Of a DNA stretch of 64,000 bases, positions 56,468 to 64,000 are shown piece after piece (the stretch's first letter is position 1; each line of letters starts with the position of its first letter). A model generated the notes under the pieces. It had not been told where the DNA came from. It worked only from the letters and a program-made list of their open reading frames with translations, and did not search any database. Made by a program: the position numbers and the translations under genes. Source of the stretch: an uncultured Methanosarcinales archaeon (GTDB taxonomy: Archaea; Nanobdellota; Nanobdellia; Woesearchaeales; JASKKU01); NCBI GenBank assembly GCA_964386095.1, contig CAYLQM010000001.1:4372-68371 (forward strand). The letters run 5' to 3'.

Positions 56468-58642
56468 TTAATTTTTAAACTTAACGAATAAAGTTGTGCA
56501 AAACTTTAATGCTGCCAAGATTAGACTTGTTTGCAATAAACCGAATAATGGGATTAAGATTAACGCTGTGATTATTGCTCCAAACAAGGCTCCCATAAAA
56601 TCCAAGCTGTATAATTCAGCCGAGGTTTTGGACTCGTTTTCAAAACTGATTTTAGCAACTGCGGGGAATTCAAGTCCTATAAGAAAATAAATTATAAACA
56701 AAGAAGACGAGAGAAGCAGTGTGGTTAGTGCTTGGGAATTAATGCTGCTTAATAACTTTATGATTAATGGCAGTAATATTAAAGCAATTGCGATTAAAAG
56801 CTCTGCATTTACGAGTGTTTTATTGTTTAATTTCTTCAGATTTCTGTATGCAAATAAACCGCCTGAAGTCATGCCGAGCAGAGCGGCTGAAATCAGCAAT
56901 CCTAAAGAGTAATACAATGTGCCGGCAATAATCTGAAATGAGAGGACTGCAACAATTTCAATGGCGGAAGCAACTATGCCTGATGAGAAGATAAGCACCC
57001 TTTTTGAATTGTTGCCCACAAACAAGATTAAATATCCTATGAATGAGCTGATAATTAGAAAAAACAAAACCCAGAATTTCAAACTAATCATCTGCAACCA
57101 GTTTAAAGAATAGAGAAAAAAAGCTCTTGGTTTAAAATTAAGATTTGGGGGTGTTTCCATATTTGTTTCTGAATTGAGCTGGGCAATTCTGTCGGGCGTT
57201 AATTGGCCTGTTAGATAGTATTCATTTACAAACAGATTAGAAATGTTTCTTTCTTTAACTTTGTTGATCAGTTGTACCGGCGATGTTGAAACATTGCTGT
57301 TTGAAGCAATAAAATAAACACGAGAACCAGGAATTAATTTTACAAATTTAAAGCAGGGATTTAAAGATTGTTTTATTGTTGAATAAAGCAGTTTTGTTTT
57401 CTCATTTAAGTAATTAGAGTAAACTCCTAAAGGAAATATTACTATGCTTCTGTTATTTGTTCTTTTTTTAAGCAAATGGAAGAATTCCTGCGAATAAAAT
57501 CTGTTGAATTCCAGGCTTGCAGGTTCGGGGAGATTTAATATGATCACATCAAAGGTTTTGTTCGTTTCTTTTAGAAATTGTAAGGCATCTCTTGAAATTG
57601 TTTGAATTTTGTCATTAGGTGTTAAGTTGAAATAAGTGTTTAGGATTTCAGTTAAGGTTTTGTCAGGTTCGATGATATAAACTTCCTTAATATTGTATTT
57701 GAGAACTTCATTAACCAAATCAGGATTGCCGTTCGGGACGGTGAATATTGTTTTAGGATTATCAAGCTGTAGCATAGCATAGTGCACAAGTTCTTCACTG
57801 CTTTGCTTGTCGTTTGATGAATAAATCAATTGACCGTTCTGATAAAGATTGTGTTGATTAATGATTTTAGTTAAAATGTAATTCCCAAACTTTGAGTTTT
57901 TTGTTAAAATTATCTGCTGGCCTGGGAACCCTTTTGACAGCGAAAAAGTTTCCAAATTTAGTCTAAGAAGCAAAATCGTTAAGAGTATTATGAAAGTAAT
58001 TAACAATACCTGTTTTGCTCTTTTTTTCAAATGAATCATTGAAATCATTATGAGATTAAGCGCTAGGGCGATTATAGTAATGGTTGTGTTATTCAACAAA
58101 TAACCCAAGAAAAAAGTAAAAATCAATGCGCCGAATACATTGCCCAAGTTATCAACATAGTAGCTTTTGGAAATTGACTTGTATCTTTGGTTAAGCGCTT
58201 TGGGAATGCAACTTAATAAACAGCCGTACAAAATGCAGAACGGAAACAAAATCAACAATGAAAACAAGAATAAACTTTGCAGGGCAACGAGAGTGCCGAT
58301 GGGGAACAAGAGGTTTCTTAACCATCTGATTGCAATGATTGTTGCTAATGGCAGAATGCCTAATGAAATATGAAAACTTAAAAGTTTCTTATCAGAAATC
58401 TTAAACCTTTTACATAGGTTTGCTCCGATTGAAAGCAAAATTAACCAGCTGACAAAAATGGTGATGTAAGAGAATTCATTGCCGTAAAAAGAATCCATAA
58501 GTTCTTTAATAATCAGAAGTTGCGTTAATGTTGCAGTTAAAGCTATAATGAATAAGGAAAAAATGTATTTCTTGTTTTTGTTTTTAATTAATACATGGTT
58601 TTGTCTTTTTTTTGGTTCCATAACTCGAAAGGTTTGAGACAT
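56468..58642 (-). CDS. Membrane protein with an embedded spermidine-synthase-like (aminopropyl/methyltransferase-fold) domain
   Basis: >12 TM helices flank a soluble segment: KEVYIIEPDKTLTEILNTYF...DKIQTISRDALQFLKETNKTFDVIILNLPEPASLEFNRFYSQEFFHLLKK (SpeE-like). The Gly-rich GGGDGG motif is degenerate (VPNGNPD). Confidence 0.55.
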   Translation of the reverse strand: MSQTFRVMEPKKRQNHVLIKNKNKKYIFSLFIIALTATLTQLLIIKELMDSFYGNEFSYITIFVSWLILLSIGANLCKRFKISDKKLLSFHISLGILPLATIIAIRWLRNLLFPIGTLVALQSLFLFSLLILFPFCILYGCLLSCIPKALNQRYKSISKSYYVDNLGNVFGALIFTFFLGYLLNNTTITIIALALNLIMISMIHLKKRAKQVLLITFIILLTILLLRLNLETFSLSKGFPGQQIILTKNSKFGNYILTKIINQHNLYQNGQLIYSSNDKQSSEELVHYAMLQLDNPKTIFTVPNGNPDLVNEVLKYNIKEVYIIEPDKTLTEILNTYFNLTPNDKIQTISRDALQFLKETNKTFDVIILNLPEPASLEFNRFYSQEFFHLLKKRTNNRSIVIFPLGVYSNYLNEKTKLLYSTIKQSLNPCFKFVKLIPGSRVYFIASNSNVSTSPVQLINKVKERNISNLFVNEYYLTGQLTPDRIAQLNSETNMETPPNLNFKPRAFFLYSLNWLQMISLKFWVLFFLIISSFIGYLILFVGNNSKRVLIFSSGIVASAIEIVAVLSFQIIAGTLYYSLGLLISAALLGMTSGGLFAYRNLKKLNNKTLVNAELLIAIALILLPLIIKLLSSINSQALTTLLLSSSLFIIYFLIGLEFPAVAKISFENESKTSAELYSLDFMGALFGAIITALILIPLFGLLQTSLILAALKFCTTLFVKFKN

Positions 58643-59076
58643 TCTTCTCTTGAAATCTGAGTGAATTTTATTTCACTTTCGTTCTCTAACGGGTTATTTT
58701 GTATGAATTCATAGATTCTCTTGTCGTCAAAACCTATCTCCTCAGCATCCTTGCTCGTACATCCAAAATAAACCTTTTTTATTCTGGCCCAGTAAATTGC
58801 TGACAAACACATTGGACACGGCTGGCATGTTGTGTATAAATCGCAGTCACTCAAGTCAAAGGTTTTTAGTTTTTTTGACGCTTTTCTTATGGCTGTAATC
58901 TCTGCATGCGCAGTGGGGTCTTTATTTTTTAACACCATGTTATGTGCTTTAACTATGATCTTTCCATCTTTGACAATAACGGCTCCAAATGGACCGCCAT
59001 GCCCTTTTTTTATGCCTTTTAAAGCTTCTTCTATGGCAATTTTCATGAATTCATTGTGATTAATCATCAAACGCAC
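58588..59076 (-). CDS. guaD: Guanine deaminase (CDA-fold, GuaD-type)
   Basis: GGPFGAVIVKDGKII, DPTAHAEITAIRKA, CQPCPMCLSAIYWAR, GFDD..IYEF and PFELW are almost residue-for-residue like Bacillus GuaD. The start is likely the internal MKIAIEEA. Confidence 0.75.
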   Translation of the reverse strand: MRLMINHNEFMKIAIEEALKGIKKGHGGPFGAVIVKDGKIIVKAHNMVLKNKDPTAHAEITAIRKASKKLKTFDLSDCDLYTTCQPCPMCLSAIYWARIKKVYFGCTSKDAEEIGFDDKRIYEFIQNNPLENESEIKFTQISREECLKPFELWNQKKDKTMY

Positions 59077-59093
59077 CTTTTAATGTATTTAGT

Positions 59094-60116
59094 TTAATTA
59101 AGATAAGCCTGCTTGTGAAGTTTCAACAGTTCTTTATTCTCTCTGAATCCTTTCAATAGATTAACGATTTCCCTTGCAACAGCGTTCTTTAAATCTAAAG
59201 GATGAAGTTTCTTAGCAATGAAATCTTTTTCAAGATGTTCATAAGTTGCATATTCAACATTACCGCCGAACTTTTCTGCTCTTTCAATCATAAAAGGTTC
59301 GTTCCTGTCCTGTTTTAAAATCATAATAAGATACTTTACTAATGACATGATACCATTGTTTGGGTCCCCTTCGGCGCATTCAGCTTTTCGGATTTTCCAT
59401 CTTACTGAATTTTCATCATCAAGCAAGTCAATTTTGCTGTATTCAACGCTGGAACTCATCTTTTCCCCAACAAGACCTCGAATCATTGGAGAAATCAATT
59501 CAATTTTGGCATTGTAATTAATCTTTGGGAGGAACTCTCTCGCGTAAACCATAATCTTTCTTTGATCCAAACCCCCGTATTGAATATCAACACCTAAATA
59601 AACCTCATCCAAGGCCTGCATTAAAGGATAGATAAGGTTAGCAAGTTTGGGGTTCTCCGTCATTTTCACGACTTCAGAAGCGGATTTTTTGCAGATTCTT
59701 ATGTTTGAAACGCTACTTAATCTGAGCACATCCCTAAAATAATCGCTATTCAATTCAATATCACTCCCCTTTACAAATTCCAACTTAGTTATGTCAACTT
59801 TGATGGTGTTAAGTATTTGGATTATGGCTTTTTTGTAGTATTCTGTTCTCTTTTCAAGTAAATTCCACGGCACGCCATCTAGAGCAGCATGCAAGTCTGC
59901 AAGTAGAATTTTTACTTTAAAGCCGGCTTTTAAGAAATCTGCAATCTTCAACATGGGAAAGAAGTAAGCTACCGAAATGCTGCCCGTAGGCATGGTCCCC
60001 CAATAAAGTGATGGAGTTTGCTTTGTTTTTAAAAGTTCCTTGAGTTCGTCTTCGGTTATAACCTCCTGCAGATTTCGGGTGACTAAATTGTATTTTGATT
60101 CAAGGTCCATTTTCAA
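59094..60116 (-). CDS. tyrS: Tyrosyl-tRNA synthetase (archaeal/eukaryotic type)
   Basis: YWGTMPTGSISVAYF...KAGFKVKILLADLHAALD, IYPLMQALDEVYLGVDIQYGGLDQRKI, KMSSS (KMSKS variant), ERAEKFGG and HPLDLKNAVA are collinear with M. jannaschii and human TyrRS. Confidence 0.85.
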   Translation of the reverse strand: MKMDLESKYNLVTRNLQEVITEDELKELLKTKQTPSLYWGTMPTGSISVAYFFPMLKIADFLKAGFKVKILLADLHAALDGVPWNLLEKRTEYYKKAIIQILNTIKVDITKLEFVKGSDIELNSDYFRDVLRLSSVSNIRICKKSASEVVKMTENPKLANLIYPLMQALDEVYLGVDIQYGGLDQRKIMVYAREFLPKINYNAKIELISPMIRGLVGEKMSSSVEYSKIDLLDDENSVRWKIRKAECAEGDPNNGIMSLVKYLIMILKQDRNEPFMIERAEKFGGNVEYATYEHLEKDFIAKKLHPLDLKNAVAREIVNLLKGFRENKELLKLHKQAYLN

Positions 60117-60198
60117 AAGTTATGGACAAATTCTGATTTATATGTTTATCTATTAATTGATAACAATAACTTTGAAAAAATGACCAATTAAAAATTGA

Positions 60199-60220
60199 GT
60201 TTGTGTGGCGTTTGTGTGGC
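60199..60220. repeat. Perfect 11-bp tandem duplication (GTTTGTGTGGC x2) in the tyrS/ppa divergent intergenic region
   Basis: Read directly. Three spaced AAAAT(C/T)AAAGA copies follow at 60247, 60262 and 60280. Confidence 0.5.
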
Positions 60221-60322
60221 ATTCCGTAAATTTTGCATAATTTAATAAAATCAAAGATAGTAAAATCAAAGAAATTAATAAAATTAAAGAAATCTTTAAA
60301 ACACTTTCTGTTTTGAAATGCT

Positions 60323-60880
60323 TTGATGGAGGTGATTGATATGGACCCCTGGAAGGATATTGAAACCGGAAGAAAAGTTCCAGAAATTGTTAATGCAATA
60401 GTTGAGATACCAATGGGCTCAAGGAACAAATATGAGTTTGATAAAAAAACAAGTTTAATCCGCTTGGATAGGGTAGTTTATAGCTCGGTTTCTTACCCTG
60501 GCGATTATGGTTTTATTCCTCAAACACTGTGGGAAGATGGTGACCCCTTGGATGTGTTAATTATAACGAGATTTCCGTCCCATCCTTTAGTAATTATGGA
60601 GGTTAGACCTATTGGGGTAATGAATTTAATTGACGACTCTGAGAGAGACGACAAAATAATTGCTGTTCCTGTAGGTGATCCTTTCTTTGAGAATATTAAA
60701 GATATTGATGAATTATCGCCTCATATCTTGGAAGAGATAACGAATTTTTTTGAGATATATAAACAGCTGCAAAAAAAAACTGTGAAAGTTGAGAGGTTGC
60801 TTAATAGGGAAGAGGCTTATAAAAGCATTGAACACGGAATGAAATTGTTTAAAGAAAGATTTGGAAATAAAAAAGAATAA
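60323..60880 (+). CDS. ppa: Inorganic pyrophosphatase (family I)
   Basis: EIPMGSRNKYEFDK, DYGFIPQTLWEDGDPLDVL and VPVGDP are the canonical family I PPase motifs. Confidence 0.9.
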   Translation: MMEVIDMDPWKDIETGRKVPEIVNAIVEIPMGSRNKYEFDKKTSLIRLDRVVYSSVSYPGDYGFIPQTLWEDGDPLDVLIITRFPSHPLVIMEVRPIGVMNLIDDSERDDKIIAVPVGDPFFENIKDIDELSPHILEEITNFFEIYKQLQKKTVKVERLLNREEAYKSIEHGMKLFKERFGNKKE

Positions 60881-60890
60881 TTATTTATTT

Positions 60891-62057
60891 TCAAATTTTG
60901 GCCCTTTCTTTTAGGACCTTGGCAAGGTCGGTTTTTTCCCAGGTAAATTCAGGTTCTTCCCTGCCAAAATGACCAAATGCAGCTGTTTTCTTGTAAATTG
61001 GTCTTTTAAGATTTAAATGGGCAATTATACCTTTAGGTGTTAATGGAAACAGGGTTCTAACTAAATAAGCAAGTTTTTGTTCATTGATTTTACCAGTGCC
61101 AAAAGTGTCAATGTAAATCCCTACGGGTTGCGCAATACCAATAGCATAAGCCAACTGAACCTCGCATTTCTCAGCAAGACCCGCTGCAACTATGTTTTTG
61201 GCGATGTATCTTGTCATATAAGCTCCGCTTCTATCAACTTTGCTGGGGTCTTTTCCTGAAAAAGCGCCACCGCCGTGCCTGCCCAAGCCTCCATAGGTGT
61301 CAACAATGATTTTTCTTCCAGTTAAGCCAGTATCAGCAGCAGGACCGCCTAAAACGAACCTACCGGTAGAATTTATATATGTTTGGGTGTCTTCTTTTAA
61401 GTATCTTTTAAGAACGGGTTTGATTACATGGGTTTTTATATCTTCCTGCAATTTTGCGTGCTTTATGTTTTCGTTATGTTGGGTTGCGATAACAACAGTT
61501 TTGACTTTGCAGGGCTTTTCATCAACATATTCCACAGTAACTTGACTTTTGCAGTCTGGTCCTAAATATTTTAAGATTCCTAATTCTCTCACTTCTTTTA
61601 ACTTCTGGGTTAATTTATGAGCCAACATAATAGGTAAAGGCATAAGCTCTTTAGTTTCATTTGTAGCATAACCGAACATCATTCCTTGATCTCCAGCGCC
61701 CTGTTCGTGATTTTCGTTTTCGTCAACTCCGCGAGCAATGTCTGGGCTTTGGGGTTGAACTGAAACGAGAATCCCGCAACTATTGTAATCAAGCCCCCAT
61801 TTAACATCATTATAACCAATTTCTTTTATGGTTTCTCTTGCAACTTTGTCGATATTTACCTGGGCCTTGCTCTTGATTTCGCCCGCAATTATAATGTATC
61901 CTTTGGTTGCCAATGCTTCCACAGCCACTCTTGATTCGGGGTCTTTCTCAAGAAAAGCATCCAGAACTGCATCTGAAATCTGATCACAAACTTTATCAGG
62001 ATGGCCTGCACCAACGCTCTCAGAAGTAATTAACCTTTTCATAAAATCACCTCGCAT
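60891..62057 (-). CDS. metK: S-adenosylmethionine synthetase, bacterial/eukaryotic type
   Basis: [55 protein letters not shown] and DTYGG are MetK hallmarks. Confidence 0.9.
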   Translation of the reverse strand: MRGDFMKRLITSESVGAGHPDKVCDQISDAVLDAFLEKDPESRVAVEALATKGYIIIAGEIKSKAQVNIDKVARETIKEIGYNDVKWGLDYNSCGILVSVQPQSPDIARGVDENENHEQGAGDQGMMFGYATNETKELMPLPIMLAHKLTQKLKEVRELGILKYLGPDCKSQVTVEYVDEKPCKVKTVVIATQHNENIKHAKLQEDIKTHVIKPVLKRYLKEDTQTYINSTGRFVLGGPAADTGLTGRKIIVDTYGGLGRHGGGAFSGKDPSKVDRSGAYMTRYIAKNIVAAGLAEKCEVQLAYAIGIAQPVGIYIDTFGTGKINEQKLAYLVRTLFPLTPKGIIAHLNLKRPIYKKTAAFGHFGREEPEFTWEKTDLAKVLKERAKI

Positions 62058-62199
62058 TAAAGCTCAAGAGATATCTTATCTCATTGCATCTTTTAAAATC
62101 GAAATATTTATGCGCAATTATTTATAACTTATTGTTAGAAATATTCCTATCGGAATTGTTTTAGAAACCTTTTTATTAAATCAGTTTTAAAATACTTTT

Positions 62200-62427
62200 A
62201 TGGCTGATAGTCATCACAAAAGAGAGAGCATTAAAGAATTGAAGATGAGAATAAAGACGCTTGAAGATGCTCTTGTCGAAAAGGATGAAAGAATTCAAGA
62301 ATTGATGAAAAAGAACCAGCTCCTGACAAAGCTTTCTTTAAGAATTGAAGAGAGAAACTTAGAGCTTCAAGGTTTAATTCGCGAATTAAGAAATAAAATT
62401 AAAAAATTTGATAAAAAAGAAGAATAA
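62200..62427 (+). CDS. Small coiled-coil protein (75 aa)
   Basis: Heptad-rich Lys/Glu sequence. Isolated ORF with its own intergenic spacing. Confidence 0.3.
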   Translation: MADSHHKRESIKELKMRIKTLEDALVEKDERIQELMKKNQLLTKLSLRIEERNLELQGLIRELRNKIKKFDKKEE

Positions 62428-62435
62428 GAATAAAT

Positions 62436-63044
62436 TCACTTTACGCAATTGTGGGGTTTTAAACCGGCAAATTCAGCTCTATCCTTGGATTCATAATATC
62501 TTTTCTTGATAAGTCTCTTAGCAACAGGACAACTTTCCACATGATACTGGTTTGAGAACTTTCCTGCAACATATCTTACCGGTTTATGCTCAGACTTCTT
62601 CTCAATGTTTTTTTTTGTTTTTTGCTTTTTCTTGCTACTTTTAAATTCGTTCTTTTTAACTTGTTCAGATTTTTTGTCGTTAATTTCCTTTTTTTGCAGA
62701 TTCTCGATGTAACGACTGCCTAACTTACCTAACCTTTTCTCGCGTTCTTCTAGTTCTAAACTTATTGAGGTGAATATTAGGCCCACGACGCTTACCAAAA
62801 AAGCAAGGGTGGTGTCTACTCCTCTAATGCCTGTTAAGAAAACTATTGTAATTAGCAGAAGATTTAAAGCATTGTGAATTAATATTAGATTATCTCTTTG
62901 CTTGCTGAAAGCTAAAACGCCCAACGAAAACACAGCTAATAGTGAAATCTCAAAAAAGAGAGGTGTATTAAACAAAGCTTTAATTATTAATCCCAAAAAA
63001 ACTAAAGAGAATAGTACTTGCCAGAGGAAGGTTTTTCGTTTCAT
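62436..63044 (-). CDS. Membrane protein with a C-terminal Cys/His zinc-binding motif (Ada-like YHxxxC...PxxC)
   Basis: Four TM helices, a Lys-rich linker, then YHVESCPVAKRL...AEFAGLKPHNC. Confidence 0.4.
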   Translation of the reverse strand: MKRKTFLWQVLFSLVFLGLIIKALFNTPLFFEISLLAVFSLGVLAFSKQRDNLILIHNALNLLLITIVFLTGIRGVDTTLAFLVSVVGLIFTSISLELEEREKRLGKLGSRYIENLQKKEINDKKSEQVKKNEFKSSKKKQKTKKNIEKKSEHKPVRYVAGKFSNQYHVESCPVAKRLIKKRYYESKDRAEFAGLKPHNCVK

Positions 63045-63097
63045 TTTTAAGAATAAACATCCAACAACTATTTAAATTTTTTCATTTTGGAGTAGTG

Positions 63098-63400
63098 TCA
63101 TCTGGCAAGCGTACGAATTATCCTATAAACTAAGACTGTTAAGAAACCGATTAACCAATTTCTAAATATGAGAATGAGCACAATTAGTAATACTATATTA
63201 ATGCCGAAAAGACCGTTAAAGAGCACATCAGCAATGAGAATGCCTATAAGAACATATAAAAGGAATTCGCTGGTTTTTTCTTTAACAGGAATTTGGGTAT
63301 AGGGAAGATTAAGAAAAGACAGATCTATGAATTGGTTAACTATAGCAAAACAAGCCGCGATTAATAGCAAGTCAACAAAGAATTTTATAATTCTGCCCAT
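63098..63400 (-). CDS. Small membrane protein (100 aa, 3 TM)
   Basis: Hydrophobic ORF. Confidence 0.35.
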   Translation of the reverse strand: MGRIIKFFVDLLLIAACFAIVNQFIDLSFLNLPYTQIPVKEKTSEFLLYVLIGILIADVLFNGLFGINIVLLIVLILIFRNWLIGFLTVLVYRIIRTLAR

Positions 63401-63453
63401 GATTTATTTTAGGATTCTTTAAGTTAAAAAATGTTTCTGTTAATTTTGCCACT

Positions 63454-64000
63454 TTAAATCTCTTCGAGTGGTTGGATATTCAGCAGTTCGAGCCCTTTTC
63501 CAAGCATGCTTTTAACTAAAAATGCTAACGCAATCCTTGTTTCTCTGTTTTCAGAGTTGATGATTGGCGTGCTGTGATAGTAACTATTAAATGCTTCAGC
63601 TAATCTTATGAGATAATTAGCAATGATATTGGGTTTCATTTGATCAGCACTGTTCATTACAATCAGAGGGAATTGCGCTAATAATGAAATCATCTCATTT
63701 TCTTTTGAGGTCAAGTCTTTAACAACGAGCCCCTTAAAATTTAATTTTCCAATTGACTTCTTATATTTTCTGATTAAACTGGCAATTCTTGCGTGCGTGT
63801 ATTGAATATAAACTCCGCTCTGGCCATCAAAAGAGAGCGATTCCTGGGGGTCAAATACAAAATCTTTCTTGGGGTCTATTTTGAGCATATGGAAATTTAT
63901 GGCCGAAAGCGCGATTTTCTCTGCAAGCTTCTCATCATCCCTGCCTCTTTTTAAGAGTTCTTCTAGGGCGAGTTGCTTGATTTCATCAAAGAAATCATCG
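63454..64000 (-). CDS. argS: Arginyl-tRNA synthetase, C-terminal part (DALR anticodon-binding domain). The 5' portion lies beyond the window edge.
   Basis: YIQYTHARIASLIRK (ArgRS hallmark) then DALR-domain helices, ending ...LNIQPLEEI. Reading frame is open upstream of the listed Met to position 64000 (…KLAEKIALSAINFHMLKID…). Confidence 0.8.
   Translation of the reverse strand, partial: DDFFDEIKQLALEELLKRGRDDEKLAEKIALSAINFHMLKIDPKKDFVFDPQESLSFDGQSGVYIQYTHARIASLIRKYKKSIGKLNFKGLVVKDLTSKENEMISLLAQFPLIVMNSADQMKPNIIANYLIRLAEAFNSYYHSTPIINSENRETRIALAFLVKSMLGKGLELLNIQPLEEI

Noticed and set aside
1-64000. CRISPR array / cas genes
   Set aside because: No run of regularly spaced direct repeats was seen anywhere. 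The only tandem repeats are two-unit duplications (37118-37174, 60199-60220). No Cas-like proteins were recognised.

Overview
This 64 kb window is AT-rich and reads as an archaeal chromosome, probably a small-genome DPANN-like lineage. The archaeal signals are L15e, GatD/GatE, archaeal Cdc48, deoxyhypusine synthase, archease, Rad50 with a CPMC zinc hook, an archaeal-type tRNA-Glu, and a class-III (pilin) signal peptide. About two-thirds is housekeeping: tRNA-Ala and tRNA-Glu, L15e, Drg GTPase, enolase, GatDE, GluRS, TyrRS, partial ArgRS, MetK, PPase, Cdc48, DHS, Nif3, GuaD, TatAC, ScpA, a GlcD/GlcF-like oxidoreductase, and Rad50 + Lhr helicase. The rest is accessory-looking. No CRISPR array, integrase, transposase or rRNA was seen.
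The most striking locus is 51.7-58.7 kb. It holds an AmmeMemoRadiSam-type three-component system that appears to be extracytoplasmic: the radical SAM enzyme carries a textbook twin-arginine (Tat) signal peptide, and the Memo and AMMECR1 domains are fused into one N-terminally membrane-anchored protein. It is co-transcribed with a Cys-rich CxxxCP membrane protein and a membrane-embedded spermidine-synthase-like protein, and lies tail-to-tail with tatA-tatC.
Other noteworthy points:
- A tRNA-Glu-adjacent ORFan block (19.5-29.7 kb) contains an 829-aa polytopic membrane protein with a C-terminal lytic-transglycosylase (SLT/GH23)-like domain.
- A duplicated small wHTH-like gene pair flanks a C4 zinc-finger gene, and each copy has its own perfect palindrome upstream.
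- An envelope protein has two tandem DsbA-like domains carrying CPxG instead of CxxC, next to a SurA-N-like chaperone.
- Cdc48 has a ~270-aa coiled-coil insertion in the D1 lid.
- A truncated N4/N6 DNA methyltransferase remnant sits at 51.3 kb.
- MetK is bacterial-type.
- TyrRS has a degenerate HIGH motif (SVAY).
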